From Styela clava (taxonomy: Eukaryota), in contig NC_135262.1 in NCBI RefSeq assembly GCF_964204865.1, positions 2,294,001 through 2,358,000 of the forward strand: a DNA stretch of 64,000 nucleotides. The letters run 5' to 3'. Below are positions 12,701 to 22,095 of the stretch, piece after piece. Position 1 is the stretch's first letter. Each line of letters begins with the position of its first letter. Below the pieces are notes generated by a model. It ran no database searches. It worked only from the letters and a program-made list of their open reading frames with translations, and was not told the origin of the DNA. The position numbers were made by a program, and so were the translations under genes.

Positions 12701-15700
12701 AACTGTACATACCTGATATCTTTATCTCTAAAACATCTTGCAAACGGGTTGAGGTTGATCTTGAGTTGAGCTACCTGTAATCGGAAGTTGAAAGTAACAT
12801 TTATCAGTAAACTTAATTTCCAATCGAAGAATGAATCTAATGTTTTGGCTATGTATTATTCAGATAGTGATTTAATCTCGTAGCAATGCAAAGATTATGA
12901 AAAAGAAAAGGGGAGACAGACGATTTGATGACTGGTCAGGCTACTTATCTGGTTGGTAATAACTAGTACGTAATCAACTAATGATTGGTGCACCAATGCA
13001 TATACTAAAACAATATTTTATTTTATATCAGTAACACAACAGTCAATAATGTTATTTGTAAAATTTCATCACACATCGGCTTCTAACAAGCTTCTAGACC
13101 ACCTGTTTTCAACCAGTCGGCCGTGGCTCAATGCTGAGCCACAAAGCCCACAAACATATTGATAAATTTAGTTTCATTTGTGTGATTATAGTTACATTTT
13201 AAATGCAGTAGCAAAAATGCTGCTGCTGTTTTTTACTACTGAGTGGTAATTTGTATTTAATTAAATTATTAAAAGTCTAAGTGTCTATATTGCGTGAAGA
13301 ATCAATTGTTTTTCCTGTAACTTTACCCTGGCATGGAAAAGTTACGAATTTTTGTGCAACAAAAATGGGCCACGACAGAAAAAATGTTCAGAACCACTGT
13401 TTTAGACAAAATGTTTCTTAAAAGGGCAGTAATATTTCCAGTTTGACGTAGATTTGCTCTAATGCAGTCTTGGGCGAAGTTTTTCAAGTGTGGCTCAATT
13501 AGTAAAATGAACAAGGTTTCAAGGCTCATCAAACCAATGAAATGAACGTAACGATCGTTTAATATATAAACAAAAAACATTTGGCAAAGATTTATATGTA
13601 ATGTTTGATTTGTAGAACGTTTTGGTGTAATTGAAATTTATTGGAGGCCCACTAGAAAATTCTCGGGGATTGAACACGAGCCACGAACATAGCTAGAGCC
13701 AATTCGGTAAGCACTAAGCTAATTCTCTGCACCTTCCTGGTATTGATTGACGAATATGTTTTACCAAAGACGCATCCGGCAACGAAATTTCATGATTAGA
13801 ACACGTCAATCGCACGTAAATATGTCAAAGCAATTAAACAAATTGGCTGTCTCGGTAGGTCTTGTGACATAGCGAGGGACTTTGTTGTTTTGTTGTGATT
13901 AATGTATTTTGAATTTGTAGGAAAACAACAAAATGTAATGTATCATGTTGTCTGTTGTTTGCCAAGTTGAAAGAATGAGTGGTTTTTATGGAAATTTTTG
14001 TTATTGCAATTGGTATCGACAATAAGACAGGGATTTTAAATGCTGTGAAAAGATCATTTCTTCTGACTGGAAGTCGTAATTCACAGGTGTCGCAGAACAT
14101 TCCTATTTATAAGACTCAGTTATTCAAACTCATAGTTGAAAAAGTTTCTATTTTTAAGAGTGCATTAATTTTTTTCGACTAAGGTTTGACATATATTATG
14201 ATTTGTTTGAAAAAATCCAAGACTAAATTCTGGAATTATAAAAGGTTGTTATTGTAAAAGTCTACTTACATCTGTGTTATGGTATAACGTTACTGTCATG
14301 AATTGTGTCTTCGGGATGATGAACGTTCGAAGATTGGTTTGAATTGAAGGGTCACGGGGGTCAACTTCTACCACGTGGAGGCGCGGTTGATATTTGTGAA
14401 GTGATTTCAAAGAAAGCTGTGAATAAAATAACAATTGTTGTCATAACGAGTTTAGCAATGTTATTACAAAAAATAGAATGCGCTCCAGAAGTATGTGTAC
14501 CAATATAGAGGTGACTAATTTTGTTCGCCTACTTTACATCAAGTTGTGCAAAGGGACGGAAACCTATGGACAGGGGGTAGAGCCACTTGGCTAACACAAT
14601 CAGTCCTCGAACTCGTAATGAAACTAAAGGAAAATCGGAAAAAAATTATGGTCTGACCCTAACCTGGTACACATACTACGGGAATACTAAATAAAAATGT
14701 TAGGAGCAAAGGTTCAGCTAATTCTATTATTCCCCAGCAATATTTCAGTAAAAAAACAGTTAGAAATGTGATGAGGGAAACTTATTCTTGTAAGACAGTT
14801 GTCACGCTTATGTTGTAATCATAGTATTGTCGAACTATTCAGTATCAGTAAAGGGATAGAAATATTATTATAAGATAATATCGATTTTGAATTGAAAATT
14901 ATTGAATATGATATAGACATTTTTCTAGGGGTAATTTTAATTGTGCCATAACAGATGTAGATAAAAAGAACAGTATTATTATCTACTCTCTTACGATGTT
15001 TAGTTAATTTCAGTGTGCTGCCTCAATTTATACCCGTACCTCAAACACATAATTACCAAAATAAACGCGTATTATGTTTTGCTCAAATTCGTATCGTTAA
15101 TATTGAAAGCGTAAATGTGGAATAGTACGTAAACAGACAGTGGGTTCAACTGTTCCACTAAGACTTGAAGCAATATAGAGCAGGGGTGGACAAAATTTTT
15201 GAACGAAGGGCAAAAAATTTTGCCTACCTTGGCTGATGGCCATGTGAGTGTGACGTAAAATGTTACATTTTATGAACAATATTTACGGTGTTACAAAAGT
15301 GAAAATGAAAAAACAATAAGCATCGTGCCGAAACTAAATTTAATCGCAATCTCAACAAAAGCCTTGAGCTATTTTTTTTTAGCTACAACATCAAAATTCG
15401 GTTTTTTGTTTGGCGTGGCAGCATCAGGCGGGTCAGATCGAAGTACCAAATAGGCCGGATTTGGCCCGCGGAGCGTAGTTTGCACATGTCAGGTATATAT
15501 GGATGTATAGCCGTAATCGCCAACTATAAAGTGGCAATTGTAAACAGGAACAAATGGAAAAGTCAAATAACCAAAAATACCTTATCGCTATCATTGTGAA
15601 GATGGTTGCTCAATTTCATCTTTGAAAAACTAACACCACGTTTATTCCAAACATCCCCAGATGCGGGAGAGTCGGGATGAAGGCAAACCCTGTGGCTTTT

Positions 15701-18109
15701 ATCGTAGAAATCTTCTTCCGGGGCAAGACCAGATGGATTCCATTTTTGTTCACTATAATAGGTTTGTATTAGAGGTTATATTGTAGAATATACCGACTGC
15801 ACATAAAGGTTGACAAATTTAAACTGATAAAAAAAATTGGGAATATTGAGAATTAATGGAAATAAACATTGTTTTGGAAATACACCATTTCTTATCTTAT
15901 ACCAGAAAACGACATTTAACTTGTTTGGCACAACGAGACACATTCTTTCGTTGGTTTTGCCACATTCCCATCGAGAAGAAAATGGGCAGTTTGAGGACCA
16001 CAAAAACCCATTTAGAAGTGAAAGAAGCTTACTAATAATTTTTTTTATTCTACATCTCAGTTACAAGGAACTATAAGATAGAGCAGAGGAGATGGTTATT
16101 AATATTTGTAGAGGCGCTATTATGTATTTGGGTGACTGTGTATCCGTGAGTGCTATCTAGCGTGGTTAGGGAGGGATACAGCTTGAGTATTTAAAACTAA
16201 ATAGTCTTTTAACGAAGACTGTATGAATAGGACAAGACAAGAACTAGAAAAATAAACTCTCGAACATCATAATTATGTAATAGGGAACAAAAAGATCCAT
16301 TATTAAGGAATCTATTTTGGTTGAATGGTCCAAATTTTTAGATGTATAAATTCCAAGCTTACCTGAATTTCCACACGTATTTATTTGCAAGAACAAAATC
16401 GACGAATACACTGTACAGCTTCTGTGGATGTAGACCTTTCACGTCATATTCCAAGACAGGGAACATTCGTCTAAAACGATTTAAAGAAATATGTCATGTC
16501 ATTAAACTGTGGAACTACAACGTTAGAAAAGAATTATCTTTTGCATCTCTTTCCTGAGATTGGGGTCGGTGGCCTACCGCTTGGCGCACATCTAATACGA
16601 CAATGCGTTTTGTCACATTCAATAGGAGAAACTTAGAATGTTTTTAAGACCAAATTTTATTCCTCAAAAGACTCGAAAGTTATCCTCAAAATCATACCTC
16701 TATGCTGATGACCATCTCAATGTAAAATACGCCAAAACAGACATAAAATATTGCTTTCCGCTGTGCATCCAAGCTTATATTTTGAAATCTTAAACTAATT
16801 ATAAGTAAAAGTGGATGAATATGATTCTGTCATTGCCCGAAAGTGATGAATTACGAAAATTGCATGTAGAACTTCTTTAGAGTAACCTTCACATTCGATT
16901 TTCTCACAGCATTATCATTAAAATCCTACCTCCCATGTTTGCTGATGACCATTTCCATGACTACGCTTTCAAAATTCTTCCACAAATCGCTATTTCTTAA
17001 TTTGACCTTTGCCCCCAAGCAATTGACTTCCCAATCATTTCCACTAGTTCCGGTCGTTGTTCCGGGTGGCACATCTGACGGTACTATCGGAACCTTGAGA
17101 AATAAAGATATGGCGTTACAAATATGTTTCCATATACAAAATTTAGACTTCTTATTATATATATTCCGGTATTATTACTTTGCTGAAAAAATAACTTGAA
17201 TAATTTGTCCCGAACGTTAAGCATACACTAATTGTATCTACATTGAGGGTAATTTGGGACGACATAACTCTTCAGCTTTTGTAAAACAATTTCGATTTGA
17301 ACGACTTCCCAAATTTTGTCAAAAATCTTCCATCTATTCATTCTCTGGCCAAAGAGCGCAAATTTACGCACTATTACTTACTTGAGGCGGTCTTGGAATT
17401 TGTGGTATTGGTGGCTGAATTCCCGGAATAGAGGGGTGAACACTAGCAGGATGTCGAAATTTAGGGGGTTGCGGTGGCTGAACAAATGGAACCATTGGAG
17501 GCGGAGAAGAGTTCTCACTTGAGATACTAGACATTGGAGATGGGGTGCTATACGGATGAGATGGATTTGAGTTCCACGCTGGTATGGCCCCTGGATTTGG
17601 GGACACTTGAGAGCCATTAAATCCACCGTGCTGTTGTTGAAACTGGTTGTTTGGGAACGTCGTATTCCCTGTTGGGCTCGGTGACACCATCCAGCGGTTG
17701 TCATTACCATGCCCTTGCATACCCGGGGTGGCGCCATAATCTGAGCTCTGTGATGAAGAGGACATTCGCCTACGCATCGTTGCAACCTGCATAACAAATA
17801 AAGACTAATTTGTGAGTTGCTTGCTAACTAAAGATTTATTATGATGGAGAACGAAAAATATATTGAAGATTCTGCATTTCGATTTCAAAGTATTTTCCCT
17901 CTGTTAGACTTAAAACAGTTTCGTATGTAAAGGAAAACGAACAAAACCATAAATTACTCAAAATAGGTCAATATATCTGATTGATATTTAGAGTGAACGT
18001 CTGTGTAGGTAAAAATCTCACATTGGCCCGAACGAGTGCGCCTTCAATTAAAGTCGACCAAGACAAAACGCCCTTTTCGTAAGAGGCCATTTAGATAGGA
18101 GTTTGGGTA

Positions 18110-18146
<37 letters not shown>

Positions 18147-18792
18147 GTCCCGAAATAAATCGAATTAATGGGTTTCATTTATTTTGGGACACCCTTATAT
18201 ACTTTACTTTTTCAAATATACTGTCATTGCATAGTTGATAATATTAGTAATTTTGTGCTATTGGCAATAGCTCATTGAGCAAAATACCGTGCTTCATAGT
18301 CAACAGTAAAACGCTTTATACCTGGTCATAAGGGTTTGGCATTCCTTGAACGACCGGACTCGTACTTTGTCTGTACGGCTGTTGAATTGTGGGATTTTGA
18401 TGTTGCATTATGGGAGGCGAAGCGCGGTTGTGTTGTTGCTGAATCCAATTTCCATGTTGCCAATTCCCGTTTGTAATCGTTATCGGCTGGGAATTTGCAT
18501 TGTAGTCTTCATGCTGCTTCGCATTATTGTTGTTAAAGTTATTCCATCCATGCATTCCTTGTTGGTGCCTGTTTACCATCTGAGCTGGCTTGTAAGCCAT
18601 TAAGGGTGGACTCTGCCTGTTTCTCACGTGTGGCATAGGCGGTGAAGGCCGTTGGTAAGGATTATACCTTCCCGCTCCTGGGTGAACGTAACCACCGTTC
18701 GGCACTACCCCATGGTTGAATTGCTGTATGTTGTTCAGGCCTTGTGCTGGATACCCCTGGTATTGAAAATTGCCATACGCAACTTCTGCCAT
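170..18792 (-). CDS. eomes: T-box transcription factor, Eomes/Tbr1/Tbx21 subfamily (ascidian mT-like); 12 coding exons, 2781 nt, 926 aa
   Basis: join(complement 18322-18792, 17382-17786, 16930-17093, 16363-16470, 15581-15752, 14270-14416, 12713-12774, 6513-6745, 3285-3559, 2363-2477, 1310-1402, 170-705); all junctions are GT-AG and phase-compatible. T-domain: [27 protein letters not shown]...[15 protein letters not shown]...HPDSPASG...KMKLSN...[16 protein letters not shown]...[51 protein letters not shown] and NTD|xxQLKI match the Eomes/Tbr1/Tbx21 subfamily. The subfamily call is less certain than the T-box call. Confidence 0.88.
813..990. mobile_element. Second inverted copy of the hammerhead-bearing repeat
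   Basis: arms 813-855 and 898-940 are reverse complements and homologous to 3652-4015; a degenerate core lies on the minus strand at 852-890. Confidence 0.65.
1310..1402 (-). CDS. eomes: T-box gene exon 11
   Basis: acceptor ttctatctacag|GC, donor AAAG|gttcgt; phase 1-1; GANTQLPTFFRCSYYQEQAAQQANTSTQNK. Confidence 0.75.
1995..2292 (+). mobile_element. hAT-type MITE family C (copy 1, one end missing)
   Basis: starts CAGTGGTCCTCAAAC; body homologous (reverse complement) to 7061-7350 and 28469-28810. Confidence 0.7.
2363..2477 (-). CDS. eomes: T-box gene exon 10
   Basis: acceptor catatttcag|GAC, donor AAAG|gtacgt; DKYELLNVDRCFPPNAIAPLSNTLPFDLARVKTEALSK. Confidence 0.78.
3285..3559 (-). CDS. eomes: T-box gene exon 9
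   Basis: acceptor aaacttctag|AC (phase 1), donor CTG|gttggt (phase 0, required by the next exon); DALSTNQSS...NNGNPL. Confidence 0.75.
3652..4015. mobile_element. Penelope-like terminal-repeat relic: two inverted ~80-bp arms, each containing a hammerhead motif
   Basis: 3652-3732 is an imperfect reverse complement of 3936-4015 (tcttgctgcacactaacac...cttcagaca / tgtctgaag...gtgttagtgtgcagcaaga). Confidence 0.65.
3936..3975 (+). ncRNA. Minimal type-I hammerhead-ribozyme motif (Penelope-like element type)
   Basis: TGT-CTGAAGA-A-GTCTGACC-TT-GGTCAGAC-GAAA-CGTT-ACA: core CUGANGA/GAAA, perfect 8-bp stem II, palindromic AACGTT in place of stem III, short stem I TGT/ACA. Confidence 0.6.
4228..4437 (+). 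mobile_element. Tc1/mariner-type MITE
   Basis: TA-flanked aggtgtccataaag...ctttatggacatcct; reverse-complement homologue at 56094-56300. Confidence 0.7.
4758..5836. repeat. Higher-order tandem repeat (about 465-bp dimer built from ~90-bp subunits)
   Basis: 4927-5390 is duplicated at 5391-5836; subunit aaaactgaaactaaa...aaggtttgaaaaatt starts near 4801, 4935, 5134, 5401 and 5597. Confidence 0.85.
6275..6330. repeat. Perfect 28-bp tandem duplication
   Basis: (ttcggtaatgactgggagataacgtagc)x2. Confidence 0.95.
6513..6745 (-). CDS. eomes: T-box gene exon 8
   Basis: acceptor tctcctatatttaaaag|C (phase 2, matches exon 7), donor CAAG|gtaggg; PRSVESAPSPS...LVRAQ. Confidence 0.8.
7061..7350 (-). mobile_element. 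hAT-type MITE family C (copy 2, degenerate)
   Basis: gtcaagtctcgcgacccaactcaaaaataactagctaac...aacagatagtaa shared with 28469-28810. Confidence 0.65.
7453..7535. mobile_element. Tiny Tc1/mariner MITE (almost TIR only)
   Basis: tacagagtgtcccaaaataaatgaaac...gtttcatttattttgggatac. Confidence 0.65.
7950..8425. repeat. Diverged 100-120-bp tandem array, 5 units
   Basis: RCAGGAW-GCGCGAYAT...aaggttgactatt motif at 7953, 8054, 8154, 8265 and 8385. Confidence 0.8.
9210..9955. repeat. Diverged direct duplication (9210-9530 vs 9574-9955)
   Basis: shared ccaatcaggtgtaaa...ccgttgccagagtttt...gacactcacgag...cgtgggtt...acggaagctcccgt. Confidence 0.85.
11522..11726. mobile_element. Degenerate hAT MITE
   Basis: ccgtgttccctaac...ggttaggaaccactg; TSD-like acctagtt/acttagct; subterminal gggtcg motifs. 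Confidence 0.5.
12713..12774 (-). CDS. eomes: T-box gene exon 7 (62 nt, end of T-domain)
   Basis: acceptor cgattacag|GTA, donor AG|gtatgt; [20 protein letters not shown]. Confidence 0.95.
13100..13399. mobile_element. hAT MITE
   Basis: cacctgttttcaacc...gttcagaaccactg; TSD ttctagac/ttttagac. Confidence 0.6.
14270..14416 (-). CDS. eomes: T-box gene exon 6
   Basis: acceptor ttattcacag|CTT, donor GAT|gtaagt; [18 protein letters not shown]...[13 protein letters not shown]. Confidence 0.95.
14479..14688 (+). mobile_element. Merlin-like MITE family A, long form
   Basis: TIR core agtatgtgtacca/tggtacacatact; TSD aaatagaa/aaataaaa; homologous to 27514, 32085, 39316 and 48273. Confidence 0.75.
15181..15492. 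mobile_element. hAT MITE (CAGGGGTG-type)
   Basis: CAGGGGTGGACAAA start; subterminal ggccggatttggcccgcgg...tagtttgcaca. Confidence 0.6.
15581..15752 (-). CDS. eomes: T-box gene exon 5
   Basis: acceptor tattatag|T, donor AAG|gtattt; EQKWNPSG...VCLHPDSPASGDVWNKRGVSFSKMKLSNHLHNDSDK. Confidence 0.93.
16363..16470 (-). CDS. eomes: T-box gene exon 4
   Basis: acceptor cgttttag|A, donor AG|gtaagc; [35 protein letters not shown]. Confidence 0.95.
16930..17093 (-). CDS. eomes: T-box gene exon 3 (start of T-domain)
   Basis: acceptor tttctcaag|GTT, donor AG|gtagga; VPIVPS...[27 protein letters not shown]; ends in phase 2; not in the ORF track. Confidence 0.93.
17382..17786 (-). CDS. eomes: T-box gene coding exon 2 (S/P/Q-rich)
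   Basis: acceptor tttgttatgcag|GTT, donor CAA|gtaagt; 405 nt; VATMRRRMSSSSQ...PRPPQ. Confidence 0.85.
18112..18196. repeat. (AT)n microsatellite abutting a 55-bp Tc1-type MITE
   Basis: (AT)~15 at 18112-18142, then agggtgtcccgaaataaat...atttattttgggacaccct; same family as 7453-7535. Confidence 0.75.
18322..18792 (-). CDS. eomes: T-box gene coding exon 1 (Q/N/P/G/Y-rich N-terminus)
   Basis: ATG of MAEVAYGNF at 18792; donor CAG|gtataa; 471 nt, phase 0; acceptor ttcctctaagcag lies 10 nt upstream of the ATG. Confidence 0.8.
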
Positions 18793-19031
18793 ATTTAAAA
18801 ACCTGCTTAGAGGAAAACAAGAGCGCAATTCTCAAATATATTGTCATGTAGGACAATTTACTAATATGGCCAACAGTAAGTCATTAATAGCGCCGGATGT
18901 CATCACAAAAACAAAATAGCAATTCTCATAATATATTGTCGCGAAGGACAACCAAGTAATATGATCAATTCATCCAATGTACCCGATGTCATATGACGGT
19001 AGAAGATGAATTGATGAAACAAACAAAAATT

Positions 19032-19234
19032 GTATCTCTTGTACAAAGCCCCGCAAAATAAAAACATCCCCGCCAACCCTCAAACTTAGTAATTGTCTAG
19101 TTAGGGTTATGGACTTATGGTTGGGAATGCAGATTTCACTAAAAATTCGAATTTTTAAATCATTCCTCTTCAACTGGATAATAACCAATTTGTTATTTAA
19201 AAACGTGGCGGGGGCTTTGTACAACAAAAGATCC
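19032..19234. mobile_element. MITE family B upstream of the T-box start codon
   Basis: TIR ttgtacaaagccccgc/ggggctttgtacaa; TSD caaaaatt/caaaattt; homologous to 29521-29785 and 54111-54320. Confidence 0.75.
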
Positions 19235-20828
19235 CAAAATTTTGATGAAAGCGCTACTCTAACAAAACCTTTCTCTCACATGCAGAAGTAAGTCCAAAAC
19301 TTGTACACAATGTTAGCACAATGACCTATTTCCCTTTAGGTGGTGACAATTTGGGATTCTTTTATTGAGACATTATTTCCTAGGTCTGATTTACGAGTAC
19401 ATAAGCAAGTGTTGTATCGTAACCCAATCGCGCAGCGATTCGAATAATATAGTGTTCACTACTTCATAAAAAATATTTAGTCACGTGATATCAATACACA
19501 AAAACAAATGTTGTACAACAAGGCAACCGAGCACTGTTCGGAAACTTTGACTGAATTTTTTACAGATTTTCACTCATTTTGATGTGCCTGTTGTTAACAA
19601 TTACCGACAACCGGTCTGACAACCTATATATTTTCAAAATTATACTTGTTCCAGGCATTTCCTGCGCTTTTGTTTGTCAGTTACCTAATGCTACTAACTG
19701 CATCACTATGATTAATCTCGTCTACTATGTTGATGAGCATATGACGAAAATCTTATCATAATTCTCCGCTTTGAAGACCTAACTTTTTTCAAACCTCTCG
19801 CGCCCTGTAAACAAACTCCGTCCGATAAGAGATACCGCCCTGTTTTCGACTATGTTTCTAAACTGTTCAACCAATCACGCTAATTGTTCCTGCTCGTTGA
19901 TTGATCGACGCAATCTTTACGTTATCTGTGCGTGCGTCCCGCGTACGCGTTATCTTACTCTCCACCGAGGACGAAGTTATAGATAAGGAAGTTGGTGATA
20001 TGTAATGTTTATCATCATTGTTCTGCATAATGATATGGATCCTACATTTTTGGACGGGATGGTACTGGCTGGGTCTCAAATATAACCTGGCATCGCTACT
20101 TCATAGGTTGATTAGTCGACTTCACTTCATTTTGGCCAAATAAACAACTCTCATTTTTTTCAAATATTTGTTTAAAGAATTTCTCAACCTTTTCAATACT
20201 GCGAACTTCTTGAGATAAAATCGGATTTTAACGCCTCTGTTGTCGCTTGATCAACAATTTCAGTGAATACGTGAAACCAGAGGACTAAAAATATTAGTGT
20301 GAGTATAGTACGCGTAGCCTTGTTTTAGACAACTGTATGTTAAAAGTGAATAGTTATTAGTTAGTTACATAAGTAGCTCAGATCTGTGAAATAAAACAAG
20401 AGAGCGATGCCTAAACATGTGGACACGAAATTCAAAACGAAAAAGTATCAGATTTTTTACAATCCAGGCAGTCCTCTCAGCCAAAAATCTTCCGATTTCA
20501 CTGATCGCCAAAACACTCAAATACGATTTTAATTTTGATGAAGTCATCACATTAAAGCTAAAACGGAAAACTAATCATTTTTTCGCACACAAAACAACTG
20601 CTAGCTGGTGCTACTGAGCTGTATTTAGATCCCTTCTGTGCCTGTCAATCGGGGAAGTTATCTGGTAGGTTCGGTTAAAGATGTTGCCATGTACAAATGG
20701 TTGTCTCATATAACTTTCATGTCTCTTGGATGTTATATGTGGTTCAGCTGCCAAAGCTATGCTCATTCATATTAAAAGTGTTCTAAAAACGTCATTTCCT
20801 CAAAAAATAAAGTTGGATATTAAACCTC

Positions 20829-20966
20829 GGGTGTCGCTGCTCCATAACCATTCCTGGTTCCCCGCGACATCCCTTCCCCAGTAAAAATGTGTTTTCAGTT
20901 TTGTATTTTGTTAACTTTGTATGTTATTTTTTACTGAATGGAAAAAAATACACTTGACTATGACTA
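20829..20966 (+). mobile_element. LINE (L2/CR1-like) 3' end relic
   Basis: stem-loop gggtgtcgc...gcgacatccc, T-rich tract, (tgacta)2 tail; homologous to 27336-27474. Confidence 0.5.
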
Positions 20967-21379
20967 CATGGTGATGGTACGCGGGAGAACTTTCGCGATC
21001 ACGAGATTCGGGCGTTATATTATACAGTATTTCTAATCAACAAGACACTCATAGTTTGATTTGTCACTTGATTATGACAACTGCGAATTGGGTGCAACGG
21101 ACAAGTAAATTCAAACTAAAAAGTTCCAATTCTGAAACAAAACACGAATTATGGATCTGTTCAATCAAAAAACGCTTGTCGTTTGCAATTTGTTCACTCG
21201 TGCCTACCTCTACTTGTGGGTATGACGGTCATGTAATTTTCTCTGGATGAAGACTGTATGTTGCACTTTTATTTATTTTGAAATTCAATTGCGCACCTCG
21301 TGGCTATTACGCGTTCGCTCAAGACTATCAAAATACAATTCTCGATGTGACTTTGATGCCGGTGTTATTGAAAGTACCG

Positions 21380-22095
21380 GCGTTTACTGTGTTTTTATTC
21401 AAGGATTTGATATAGTTCCAAAACAACTTCAAAACAAGAAATTATCGGGAAAGTTGTACCGTGTTTCTCCGGGAATAATCAGGGTCCTGTTTCAATTTTC
21501 TTTGAAAAATAACACTTGGGCTTACCTCATTCTATTTTATAAGGTCAGTTTTCAGGTATTCCTGATGCTATTTTTAAATGCCCACATACATCTTCGATAT
21601 CACCCATGCCAAATATCCCTGGGACCACAATCAAGTAATGTTTGTTGAATACATATTTGTTAAATTATTTTTCTTTCAAAAATAAGTAAAATGAACTTGC
21701 TGTAGATGACAGACGCCTGATTATGTCAATTCAATGCTAGATTTGCAATTTTAGGCTAAAAGTTTATAATACATTTTATTGCTGCCTATGTTGTACGAGA
21801 TGCCGAAGTTTACAGTGTACTTATTCAAGGATTTGATATAGTTCCAAGCCAACTTCAAAATGAGAAATAATCGGGAAAACTGTTTCGTACGTCCGGATGT
21901 TTACGAAATCACCCTGAGATTTGTAATATTTAAAAGAGTTTGTTAACTATGTTGGGCAGATATTTAATTTCCGCTTCTTTTTTGAACGAATTCACTTGAA
22001 AAAAAAATGTACGACTCGGAAACAATCCGTTGATTTACTTCATTCTATTTAAAAGGGTCAATTTTTTAGCATTCTTGATGCTATTTTTAAATTTA
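21380..22095. repeat. Diverged direct duplication (21380-21580 vs 21808-22095)
   Basis: shared ttattcaaggatttgatatagttccaa...atcgggaaa and tcattctatt...tgatgctatttttaaat. Confidence 0.8.

Noticed and set aside
18793-18828. ORF-track N-terminal extension MRSCFPLSRFLN of the T-box gene
   Set aside because: Starts at TTG and crosses a splice acceptor; the ATG at 18792 is preferred
21530-21550. ATTCTATTTTATAAG|GTCAGT resembles the Ciona spliced leader ATTCTATTTGAATAAG followed by a donor
   Set aside because: Mismatch plus indel in an AT-rich 16-mer, no recognisable Sm site, and the duplicate at about 22042 is more degenerate; likely chance
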